A DNA stretch of 32,578 nt, from the IMG/VR virus record IMGVR_UViG_3300020440_000003, positions 1-32,578 of that record; one strand, 5' to 3'. This DNA comes from a virus. Its lineage: Duplodnaviria; Caudoviricetes. This document shows positions 8,745 through 15,634 of the stretch, piece after piece; within the stretch, counting starts at the first letter, position 1, and every line of letters starts with the position of its first letter. Below the pieces are notes generated by a model. The model was not told the origin of the DNA, did no database searches, and was given only the letters and a program-made list of their open reading frames with translations. The position numbers and the translations under genes are program-made.

Positions 8745-8782
8745 GTACACCCCCGCATGGGGTGGCAACGGGGGGGTGACGC
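8745..8782. other. GC-rich inverted-repeat element between terS and terL (candidate packaging/terminus site)
   Basis: CACCCCCGCATGGGGTGGCAACGGGGGGGTG in an AT-rich genome; the C-run can pair with either G-run. Confidence 0.45.
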
Positions 8783-8845
8783 TGATATTCAGCGTAGGCG
8801 TTCCCGTTGCCTGTTGTGATAAAGAGAGAGAGAAACACAACATAA

Positions 8846-9292
8846 TCACGCCTGGATATCGCTCTTGGTTAACTTCTTTTTAAGAAACTGCTCCTCTTTT
8901 TCTACTACTTCACCCTCAATAATCCTTTCCTGTGCGTTAGTGAGTAAATTTTTTAAATTTATTTGATGATTTACCTGAACCTGGTCGTTCCAGTTATCTG
9001 GATCTCTATTCTTTAACCAGAAAATCATTGAAGTTGTATCTTTAGATTGTGCTTTTTCAAATAATGCGTTTGTAATTGTTTCTAATGCTTTTGCTTTTCC
9101 TTTTTTTAATGCTGTGTCAAATTTATCATTATTACGTTTATTCCTCGCAATACTACTCAAAGATACTCCGAGATTATCTGCTATTTGTTTTTCGGATAAA
9201 CCTAAGCCAGACCATTTTGTAATATTTTCATAGTCTTGCTCAGTAAATGTAATTCTTTTTCTGCCTGGTTTCCCTTTTTGTTTCTCTTTCAC
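8846..9292 (-). CDS. terS: Terminase small subunit (HTH)
   Basis: GKPGRK start, HTH GLSEKQIADNLGVS, L...A...DTTSMIFWLKNR...W.D; upstream of terL; GTG start. Confidence 0.85.
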   Translation of the reverse strand: MKEKQKGKPGRKRITFTEQDYENITKWSGLGLSEKQIADNLGVSLSSIARNKRNNDKFDTALKKGKAKALETITNALFEKAQSKDTTSMIFWLKNRDPDNWNDQVQVNHQINLKNLLTNAQERIIEGEVVEKEEQFLKKKLTKSDIQA

Positions 9293-9346
9293 GCCTTTAT
9301 TTTATAAGGTTTTTGAAAAAACATAGTATTAATTTAGTATTTAAAG

Positions 9347-9375
9347 TTGAAATGTGTGTTTTTGTGCATTAATAT
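9347..9375 (+). promoter_or_regulatory. Sigma70-type early promoter
   Basis: TTGAAA-17 nt-TAATAT upstream of the GGGAG RBS and the first plus-strand gene. Confidence 0.6.
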
Positions 9376-9418
9376 GGAAACATATTGGAATTAACCAATA
9401 TATAAAAAGGGAGAAAAT

Positions 9419-9619
9419 ATGTTTTTATATGAAGACGACAACGGGCAGTTTTTTATATCTAAGTTCACTGTCGAATATAACGAGGACAGTCAAACTTATT
9501 CTGTGCGTTTATATACCAAAGACTTAGATGAAGATTTGGAGAAATATTTTGAAGTTGATGAACAGGAGTTCGCAACTTATGACGAGGTTTTAAACTTTCT
9601 AAAAAAGGAGGAAGTATGA
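9419..9619 (+). CDS. Early acidic hypothetical protein
   Basis: GGGAG RBS; D/E-rich 66 aa. Confidence 0.75.
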   Translation: MFLYEDDNGQFFISKFTVEYNEDSQTYSVRLYTKDLDEDLEKYFEVDEQEFATYDEVLNFLKKEEV

Positions 9620-9843
9620 AAATAAATATAAATATAGAAACCGCTAACTCAGCATTTTGGAATGGGTGTGAAGATTCCGAAAATCCAACATTTGAATATG
9701 CTGAAGTTGAAAGAATACTAAAAGAGATAATGCCAAAATTTGAATATAGAGATGCTGGAAAATGTATTGATATAAATGGAAATACAGTCGGCACATATAC
9801 TGTAGAAAGAACAAGGGGGAAAAATGAGCAACGACAACCATGA
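9616..9843 (+). CDS. Early hypothetical protein
   Basis: AGGAGG RBS; I.T.NSAF...EV.RIL...DINGNTVG motif seen in small phage proteins. Confidence 0.8.
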   Translation: MKININIETANSAFWNGCEDSENPTFEYAEVERILKEIMPKFEYRDAGKCIDINGNTVGTYTVERTRGKNEQRQP

Positions 9844-10006
9844 AAACGGCTTAGTGTTATCAAAAGCTGAAGTCAAAATTCTTGACGAAGTAATAAACTC
9901 ACAAATGTCTTTTACAGACCTGCGTGACGCATATAACGAAGATGGTAAGTATTGGACTGCTGACCAAATTAACGAACTAATGAACAAAGTCGGAGGCTCG
10001 TTATGA
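9824..10006 (+). CDS. Early hypothetical protein
   Basis: AGGGGG RBS; in operon. Confidence 0.7.
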   Translation: MSNDNHENGLVLSKAEVKILDEVINSQMSFTDLRDAYNEDGKYWTADQINELMNKVGGSL

Positions 10007-10350
10007 TCAAATCAGATCTGAATGAAATAAACAAACGCAATGAGCAGAGGTTTAAAAATCATATGAAAAATGTTTATATGAGATTGAGCGGTGATAATAA
10101 ATATTATTATGCTGACCAATGCCAAAAATTTATAAATTACTTTTTGAAACATGGTTTTAATAATCATAAAGCAAAAGATATTAAGGGCGTATCAATAGTT
10201 AATTGCACACATTACGGAGCAAGTATCAACGCAAGGCTTTCAAGCGGTGGCGAAACACACATAAAAACCTTTAACACCAAAAATGAAATGTTAGGTTTTA
10301 TTTGTGGGTTTAATTTTTCGGTGGGAATACTTTTTAAGGAGGAGAAATGA
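10003..10350 (+). CDS. Early hypothetical protein
   Basis: GGAGG RBS; ATGA coupling. Confidence 0.75.
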   Translation: MIKSDLNEINKRNEQRFKNHMKNVYMRLSGDNKYYYADQCQKFINYFLKHGFNNHKAKDIKGVSIVNCTHYGASINARLSSGGETHIKTFNTKNEMLGFICGFNFSVGILFKEEK

Positions 10351-10697
10351 GTAGCGCTTTAGACAATCTGCATGACTACGTTATATGTAATTTCACAGAA
10401 GAAGAAATAGATATTATTGTTTCTTGTGATGAAGATAAGGCCAAAAAAATTCGTAATTGGGAAAGCGACCTTGAAATATTTTTTAGAGAGTGTCAAGACG
10501 ATATTTTTGAGTTTATTGCTGAAGATTTAGAATGTGTCAAAGCAAAAAACCCTATACATTGGATTTCCAAACTACAGGGCGCTGATGAAGTCACAAGTTT
10601 AAGGGATATTAAGTTGTTAATGGCTACAGCAGCAATTCAAGTAGCTGCTAGTCTTTACGATAAAGAAGGTAATGAAATAGAGGAGGAGGGAGCTTAA
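10347..10697 (+). CDS. Early acidic helical protein (possible DNA mimic)
   Basis: AGGAGG RBS; about 28 D/E vs about 11 K/R in 116 aa; function is inferred. Confidence 0.7.
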   Translation: MSSALDNLHDYVICNFTEEEIDIIVSCDEDKAKKIRNWESDLEIFFRECQDDIFEFIAEDLECVKAKNPIHWISKLQGADEVTSLRDIKLLMATAAIQVAASLYDKEGNEIEEEGA

Positions 10698-10714
10698 CAG
10701 CTCCCATTTTTTTT
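10688..10714 (+). terminator. Rho-independent terminator
   Basis: GGGAGCT-TAAC-AGCTCCC stem followed by A and 8 T. Confidence 0.85.
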
Positions 10715-10726
10715 AAGGGAGAAATT

Positions 10727-10945
10727 ATGAATACATTAAAAGTTTTAAATCAAACCTATCGAAATTATTTAACCAATGAGATCGAAAAAATTGCTAATCC
10801 AAGAGGAAATTACACAGAGAAACAAAAAACAAAACTCTACAAGTTGCATGAGTTGAGAAAAGCGTATGATATGAAAGTGTGTGATTTAATGCACAATCCT
10901 AAAAGTCTTAAATTATATTTAAAACAAATGGAGAAAGAGGTATAA
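10727..10945 (+). CDS. Hypothetical protein
   Basis: GGGAG RBS; 72 aa. Confidence 0.7.
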   Translation: MNTLKVLNQTYRNYLTNEIEKIANPRGNYTEKQKTKLYKLHELRKAYDMKVCDLMHNPKSLKLYLKQMEKEV

Positions 10946-10948
10946 CTA

Positions 10949-11125
10949 ATGGAAAGAATCATAAATAATTTTATTCGTGGGGTGAAATCTTTTTTGTTTA
11001 AAAGAAAGATGGAACTGAAGTATAAGAAACCATACAAGGAGATATTGTGTGCGGAAATTGAAGAAGTTGATTTGATCATATCTAATAAAATTTTTGAGGA
11101 GGTGAATAATGAAGAAATCATATAG
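10949..11125 (+). CDS. Hypothetical protein (58 aa)
   Basis: Read by hand: MERIINNFIRGVKSFLFKRKMELKYKKPYKEILCAEIEEVDLIISNKIFEEVNNEEII; GAGG RBS. Confidence 0.6.
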   Translation: MERIINNFIRGVKSFLFKRKMELKYKKPYKEILCAEIEEVDLIISNKIFEEVNNEEII

Positions 11126-11282
11126 TTTGCTAGAGTTAGCCAAACTGCCGTTATGTTGTATGTGTTGTGGTAGTAGAAATGTTGATACTACTACAGATAC
11201 TTGCTTGTCTTGTGGCTCGACTGAGGGTTTATGGGCAGATGAAAGAACAGATGAAGAATATGAGGAGGTGAATGATGAGTAG
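11109..11282 (+). CDS. Small zinc-ribbon protein (57 aa)
   Basis: MKKSYSLLELAKLPLCCMCCGSRNVDTTTDTCLSCGSTEGLWADERTDEEYEEVNDE; two CxxC motifs; GAGGAGG RBS. Confidence 0.7.
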   Translation: MKKSYSLLELAKLPLCCMCCGSRNVDTTTDTCLSCGSTEGLWADERTDEEYEEVNDE

Positions 11283-11463
11283 AGATTTAGATATATGTGT
11301 GTGGGATATACAATTTTGCAAGAAAGACGAAGATGGCAATGAACTTTTAAATGATGATGGAACTGTAAAACTATTTCAGTTAAAAAGAGAACATGATGTT
11401 TCTTTTATTGCAGAGGGAACAGACCACGAAGATTTAGAGGAGATGAATGATGAAAAAATATAG
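11272..11463 (+). CDS. Acidic hypothetical protein
   Basis: GAGGAGG RBS; DEDGNELLNDDGTVKLF. Confidence 0.75.
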   Translation: MMSRDLDICVWDIQFCKKDEDGNELLNDDGTVKLFQLKREHDVSFIAEGTDHEDLEEMNDEKI

Positions 11464-11635
11464 ATTGACAGCTACCTTACCTGTTGTTGTTAATGCTTAT
11501 GTCGAAGCAAAGTCTATTGATGAGCTTTGGACAAAAGTAGAAAACAAACAAGCTATATGGTTCTCAAGTGAGCATGATAAATCTTTTTTACATAATGAAG
11601 ATATATATGATTATGAATTAGAGGAGAGTGAATGA
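11447..11635 (+). CDS. Hypothetical protein
   Basis: GAGGAG RBS; MKKY......VEAKS.DE pattern of small phage proteins. Confidence 0.7.
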   Translation: MMKKYRLTATLPVVVNAYVEAKSIDELWTKVENKQAIWFSSEHDKSFLHNEDIYDYELEESE

Positions 11636-11724
11636 TGACTGCTGAGATAATAATATCGTACTTACTGTTTGTATCAATAGCAGTAGGTTTTGCAGTTTGG
11701 TTTAATAGTGAGGGGGAAGAATGA
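11632..11724 (+). CDS. Single-TM micropeptide (30 aa)
   Basis: MMTAEIIISYLLFVSIAVGFAVWFNSEGEE; GAGGAG RBS; ATGA coupling at both ends. Confidence 0.6.
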   Translation: MMTAEIIISYLLFVSIAVGFAVWFNSEGEE

Positions 11725-11933
11725 GCGAACTAAATCTTGATACCAAATTAAACGTAAAAGAAATTAAATTAAAACTTGATGACCTATATATTAAAAAATA
11801 TGATGCCCAAAGAGTTTTAAACGCTGACCAGGATTACATAAGTTTAAAAACTTATAATAATCTTTACGCTAACGTATTAGATATAGAAATTGAAATTGAT
11901 CGCTTAAAAGATCTTTTAAATAAAACTTTATAA
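11721..11933 (+). CDS. Hypothetical coiled-coil protein
   Basis: GAGGGGG RBS; 70 aa. Confidence 0.7.
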   Translation: MSELNLDTKLNVKEIKLKLDDLYIKKYDAQRVLNADQDYISLKTYNNLYANVLDIEIEIDRLKDLLNKTL

Positions 11934-11936
11934 ATC

Positions 11937-12017
11937 ATGTTAGAAAATGTCATAATATTTTTGCTTGTATGGTTAGTAATACAAGTTTACTTTTATTTTG
12001 AAGATAAGGAGGAGTAA
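11937..12017 (+). CDS. Single-TM micropeptide (26 aa)
   Basis: MLENVIIFLLVWLVIQVYFYFEDKEE; TAATG coupling to the next gene; no clear RBS. Confidence 0.5.
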   Translation: MLENVIIFLLVWLVIQVYFYFEDKEE

Positions 12018-12199
12018 TGACTTTAAAATATGAAATACAAGAATTTCAATACAATGAAAATTTATCATTCCAAAGTAATTTTGAAACTTGGTTTAGATTA
12101 GATACCAAAGAGAGAGAAGATTGGAACGATACACCCTTACACATAGAGGACGCTTACGATAAATTTGTTCGTTACTACGGACAGTTTAACGTGGCGTAG
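12017..12199 (+). CDS. Hypothetical protein
   Basis: AGGAGG RBS; last plus-strand early gene, convergent with the rep gene. Confidence 0.7.
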   Translation: MTLKYEIQEFQYNENLSFQSNFETWFRLDTKEREDWNDTPLHIEDAYDKFVRYYGQFNVA

Positions 12200-12647
12200 T
12201 GTTTCTCCCCCAAAGGGAACTCTTAACCTCTATAAGAGTTCCCAACCCAACCAATAAAAAATGTTTTTTACCACTTGGCTGAGATTTCCTCAAACGTACG
12301 CCAGGTTTATCTTCTAACACCAACCAAATAATATTCTTATCTATCAATTCAGCGATAGCACGTCCGCACGTCTTACGATTAACACCAACCATTTTGGCGT
12401 AATAATCAATAGCGTCATGGCTAGAACAAGTTTCCCACCGCCAACGCTCGCATAAACTCCATAAAATTAGTTTGGCACTCACGCTTAAATTTTTATTGCC
12501 CGCACGGGAACGATACCAACGCCAGACGCACGCACGCACGTCCGCAAAATCTTTTGGCTCACTAACATGACTATGATACAGATAGCCGTCATTCTGATCT
12601 GTTTCTGTATTTACTAGCCACCAATAATTTTTCTCTCTTTTTCTCAT
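12186..12647 (-). CDS. Winged-helix DNA-binding protein, probable replication initiator
   Basis: LS.SAKLIL..L.......S......A..VGVNRKT..RAI.EL....I wHTH pattern; lies immediately downstream of iteron-like repeats. Confidence 0.7.
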   Translation of the reverse strand: MRKREKNYWWLVNTETDQNDGYLYHSHVSEPKDFADVRACVWRWYRSRAGNKNLSVSAKLILWSLCERWRWETCSSHDAIDYYAKMVGVNRKTCGRAIAELIDKNIIWLVLEDKPGVRLRKSQPSGKKHFLLVGLGTLIEVKSSLWGRNTTPR

Positions 12648-12718
12648 GCTCTTCTACTTTAAGAGAGAAAAATTGCTTTAGCAATTTTCTCTCTCTATAT
12701 ACATATGACTATGTATAT
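12626..12718. repeat. Nested inverted repeats upstream of and overlapping the rep start
   Basis: 12626-12639 and 12661-12674 form a perfect 14-bp IR; 12662-12676 and 12681-12694 an IR with one bulge; 12697-12705 and 12710-12718 a perfect 9-bp IR. Confidence 0.85.
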
Positions 12719-12735
12719 GGATATATGGGTAAGTT

Positions 12736-12812
12736 TTACTAGGTCTATGTCCGTAACTTACTCATACTATGTCCGTAACTTACTCATACTATGTCCGTAA
12801 CTTACTAGGTCT
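12736..12812. repeat. 22-bp tandem iterons (putative replication origin)
   Basis: CTATGTCCGTAACTTACT(CATA/AGGT) at 12745, 12767 and 12789; TTACTAGGTCT at both ends; adjacent AT-rich tract. Confidence 0.85.
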
Positions 12813-12934
12813 GCTTTTTTGCCTTTAGTCTTTTTCCAATTCTTTTTGTGCGGTGAGTTGAAAATTTCATCCCATCTTTTTTGCATTTCTTGGTCTGATA
12901 TTTGGCTTTTTCTTCTGTCGCTACCCTTACTCAT
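12767..12934 (-). CDS. Small basic protein (55 aa, MSKGS.RR...WD.IF type)
   Basis: MSKGSDRRKSQISDQEMQKRWDEIFNSPHKKNWKKTKGKKADLVSYGHSMSKLRT; ATGA overlap with the MT-A70 stop; ends inside the iterons. Confidence 0.6.
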   Translation of the reverse strand: MSKGSDRRKSQISDQEMQKRWDEIFNSPHKKNWKKTKGKKADLVSYGHSMSKLRT

Positions 12935-13437
12935 ACTTCGTTACCCCAACAATCCCAACCTTCAAATTTTTCTCTTGCAAAGAGTTCTATTCGTGGGCTA
13001 TAACTCATTGATTCAATCATTTTTCTTGCTTCTATTGGTTTTTGGGAGTGTTTTCTTTTAGGACTAACCAACAAACTACTAACATTTCTTCTAATTGGTT
13101 TTAAATTTCCCTTAACACCAAATAAACATAATTCGTGTTGTCCTCTAAAATAATAACCAATACCAAAACTATCTTTAGCCCAAACAAAATTTGTCACATA
13201 TCTGAAACCCCATTCTTCCATTACTTCAATACCATCTTTGAGAAAATTGTTTGTCACCCACAAATAGAGCCAACAATTATCATCTGCAATATCCTGGACG
13301 GGCAGTTTTTTTATAGCCTCTGTTTTCATTAAAGGATAGTGCCTATCAGCCCCCCTTTTAATTTTACCCCCCCCCACTTCATTCCAAGCTGGATCACAAT
13401 AAATAGTTTTGTATTTTTTATTGGGAAAAGGAATCAT
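12931..13437 (-). CDS. MT-A70 family N6-adenine methyltransferase
   Basis: Y.TIY.DPAW (DPPW-like), HY.LM, LYLWVTN, WGF.Y, HS.KP, RIELFAR...GW..WGNE. Confidence 0.92.
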   Translation of the reverse strand: MIPFPNKKYKTIYCDPAWNEVGGGKIKRGADRHYPLMKTEAIKKLPVQDIADDNCWLYLWVTNNFLKDGIEVMEEWGFRYVTNFVWAKDSFGIGYYFRGQHELCLFGVKGNLKPIRRNVSSLLVSPKRKHSQKPIEARKMIESMSYSPRIELFAREKFEGWDCWGNEV

Positions 13438-13592
13438 TATCCTTGCCCCACATTAGGTTTATAACTTCTTCTAAAGTTTTTATTCATTGTTGCTGTGCCA
13501 ACATTTCTTCTGCCTTGTGAAGTCTTCTTACCCCTGACACCACATACAGGCACATGAGCATTGCTCAAACCAAACTTAGTTTTTTTAGGCAT
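13437..13592 (-). CDS. Small basic KKTSQG-type peptide, copy 2 (51 aa)
   Basis: MPKKTKFGLSNAHVPVCGVRGKKTSQGRRNVGTATMNKNFRRSYKPNVGQG; GGGAG RBS; TAATG coupling at both ends. Confidence 0.8.
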   Translation of the reverse strand: MPKKTKFGLSNAHVPVCGVRGKKTSQGRRNVGTATMNKNFRRSYKPNVGQG

Positions 13593-13801
13593 TATGTTAT
13601 CTCCCTATTTACACTCTCATAAATCCAATCAGGAATATGTATCAGTTTTGTTTTTGCACCTGTCGCCAAATACATATCTATAGCATTCTCAAACATGTTT
13701 CTATATTGCTCTCTCTTTATCCAACACTCATCTACTTTAGATTTAATTTTACAATCTTCTCGCCAAGACTTGTCAAGGTCAATCTCTTTGTAAAGTATCA
13801 T
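13592..13801 (-). CDS. Hypothetical MILY-type protein, copy 2
   Basis: Paralog of 15634-15873; ATGA overlap with the C5 MTase stop. Confidence 0.8.
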   Translation of the reverse strand: MILYKEIDLDKSWREDCKIKSKVDECWIKREQYRNMFENAIDMYLATGAKTKLIHIPDWIYESVNREIT

Positions 13802-15114
13802 TTGATTTCACCTAATATGTGTTTAATAACCTCAACTGTCCAACCATTGCCAAGCATCTTGTATCTTTGAGTATTGCTAACACCATCTGTATAGTTGTCT
13901 GGCACAGTCTGTAATCTTTCACATTCAAGAGGTGTTAGTTTTCTCCAGGTTAACTCTTCATCAACTACCACACTATCCTTGCCAACTGTCGTGATGGCAT
14001 TTGATTTATCATCCTTGCGTAGTTCTAGCATTTGTTTAGTTTTATTAGCAACTGAGCTACCATCACGATCCATGCGCTTACCATCTTTATCGTAAGCTCT
14101 ACCACGAAAAGCACCACCTGTTACTACCTTCGGCTCTCTGTTACCACCACCCATAGTATTTAATGTCGGAGATTTACCTTCTGGGCTATAAACTCTTTTT
14201 AAAATATCGTGACCACTTATGTCGGCAGCTATGCCAACTTGTTTTGGTTTGGTTTCAACCAAAGCATTACCCACGCCAGCAGTACCACCCGATTGTGAGG
14301 ACAGAGTAGAAGATTTACCATCTTGTGAGTATATTCTATTACCTTGTCCACCATCTTTAATACTACCAACTTGTTTTGGTTTGGTTTCTTTAAAATAATT
14401 ATATGGCACTCCTTTGTGCCAGTTTTCTGTTATGGTAAAAGACTTTTTCTTATCTGCTGTTTGCTCGTATCTATCTGCTCTTCTTGCTCCTGCTTGTTGC
14501 CATTTATCATTGCCTCTTTCCATATATTCTATTGATTTCTTACCATGATAAAATTCGTTGTCCACATCATTTTCTAATATATCTCTTAGTACAATACCTC
14601 TCTCTTCTGGTTGTTTTATATTTGGAATATTTGTCCAATAAAACCTCTGCCTCGATTGGGCGGAAAGAAGAGAAGAATTTATCAAAATAGGTTGTATGCC
14701 AAAAGTAATCTCTGGATAACACTCTGATACTTGCTGTGAAATAATATCTACAAACTCTTTCTTCATTCTGACATTCTCTAATAAAAAATACTTAGGCTTG
14801 ATTGCTTTGAGCATGCGAATAAACTCAAAAAACAATGCAGACCTTGGGTCATCAAATGCTAATTGTTTGCCTGCAAAACTAAAACCTTGACACGGACTAC
14901 CACCCATAATTAAATCTACGTCTGCGAAATCTTTAGGATCTAGTTTTGTAATGTCACCAACTTGTATTGTTTCGGGAAAATTTTTTTGTGTTATCTCGAT
15001 AGCATACTTATCTATTTCACTTGCATAGTAAGTGTCAACCTCTATACCTAATTGATCTAGGGCTATCTGCCCACAACTCATACCATCAAATAAACTTAAT
15101 ACCTTAATCGCCAT
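13798..15114 (-). CDS. C5-cytosine DNA methyltransferase with an expanded variable region
   Basis: Motif I SLFDGMS, motif IV GGSPCQGFS, motif VI ENV, motif VIII QSRQR, motifs IX-X RKLTPLECERLQ and GNGW. Start most likely 15114 (or 15144) rather than 15195. Confidence 0.95.
   Translation of the reverse strand: MAIKVLSLFDGMSCGQIALDQLGIEVDTYYASEIDKYAIEITQKNFPETIQVGDITKLDPKDFADVDLIMGGSPCQGFSFAGKQLAFDDPRSALFFEFIRMLKAIKPKYFLLENVRMKKEFVDIISQQVSECYPEITFGIQPILINSSLLSAQSRQRFYWTNIPNIKQPEERGIVLRDILENDVDNEFYHGKKSIEYMERGNDKWQQAGARRADRYEQTADKKKSFTITENWHKGVPYNYFKETKPKQVGSIKDGGQGNRIYSQDGKSSTLSSQSGGTAGVGNALVETKPKQVGIAADISGHDILKRVYSPEGKSPTLNTMGGGNREPKVVTGGAFRGRAYDKDGKRMDRDGSSVANKTKQMLELRKDDKSNAITTVGKDSVVVDEELTWRKLTPLECERLQTVPDNYTDGVSNTQRYKMLGNGWTVEVIKHILGEIK
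14234..14388. repeat. 23-bp exact direct repeat inside the MTase variable region (ETKPKQVG)
   Basis: CCAACTTGTTTTGGTTTGGTTTC at 14234-14256 and 14366-14388, 132 nt apart, in frame. Confidence 0.92.
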
Positions 15115-15229
15115 TCCTTTGTTTAAACCATAATCTTGTAGCATATCTTCTACCTTGTGAAGTTTTTTTACCTCTAACACCGCATACAGGCACATGAATT
15201 GTTGTTTGTCCTTTACTTTTTTTTGCCAT
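15104..15229 (-). CDS. Small basic KKTSQG-type peptide, copy 1 (41 aa, divergent C-terminus)
   Basis: MAKKSKGQTTIHVPVCGVRGKKTSQGRRYATRLWFKQRNGD; 17 residues identical to copy 2. Confidence 0.7.
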   Translation of the reverse strand: MAKKSKGQTTIHVPVCGVRGKKTSQGRRYATRLWFKQRNGD

Positions 15230-15428
15230 GTTCTATATAGTTAGTTAATTTTGAGAGCCAACATTTAGCTACAAATTCTGCGTGTGAGTAAGGATATTTT
15301 TGCATATCTACCTTTCTTATAAGTTTTTCCTCGTCATAAAGATTAACCTGGTAACTGTCTGCTAAATAAATTTTGGCAGTTCTGGTAGTTTCTTTTTCTG
15401 CAAATTCTTTTACTAATTTTTTATTCAT
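15213..15428 (-). CDS. Hypothetical protein (71 aa)
   Basis: In operon with overlapping neighbours. Confidence 0.65.
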   Translation of the reverse strand: MNKKLVKEFAEKETTRTAKIYLADSYQVNLYDEEKLIRKVDMQKYPYSHAEFVAKCWLSKLTNYIEHGKKK

Positions 15429-15516
15429 CTTCTGCCAGTATTAAAAACAACAATAGACTATCAGTTACTAAAATAATAATAAATAATAAAATTGTAAATT
15501 GTGTTAGATCAATCAT
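15421..15516 (-). CDS. Single-TM micropeptide (31 aa)
   Basis: MIDLTQFTILLFIIILVTDSLLLFLILAEDE; fills the gap with overlaps. Confidence 0.5.
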   Translation of the reverse strand: MIDLTQFTILLFIIILVTDSLLLFLILAEDE

Positions 15517-15634
15517 TTTTATTTTCACACTCTTTGCACACTTCTAGTCTAAATATTTTATATTCTTTTTGTTTCTGTCTAAAAATATCTAACGGATATT
15601 CTCTCTGACAGATTTTACATTTTCTCTTTTTCAT
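15509..15634 (-). CDS. Small zinc-ribbon protein (41 aa)
   Basis: MKKRKCKICQREYPLDIFRQKQKEYKIFRLEVCKECENKND; two CxxC motifs; TAATG coupling. Confidence 0.65.
   Translation of the reverse strand: MKKRKCKICQREYPLDIFRQKQKEYKIFRLEVCKECENKND

Noticed and set aside
283-8883. Plus-strand ORFs antisense to structural genes (e.g. 283-525, 568-807, 1317-1559, 4951-5665, 8021-8311)
   Set aside because: Shadow ORFs opposite well-supported genes, with no RBS or recognisable motifs.
9293-9310. Leaderless terS promoter (TAAAAT 6 nt before GTG)
   Set aside because: Plausible, but the AT-rich background and lack of a -35 make it unsupported.
9465-11143. Minus-strand ORFs in the early region
   Set aside because: Antisense to RBS-supported, coupled plus-strand genes.
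12745-12812. CRISPR mini-array
   Set aside because: The repeats are head-to-tail with no unique spacers; the Cas4-like gene is a stand-alone recombination nuclease and no other cas genes are present.
15115-15195. N-terminal extension of the C5 MTase given in the ORF track
   Set aside because: The synonymous-substitution pattern shows the KKTSQG peptide frame is the selected one here; MTase motif I begins just after 15114.
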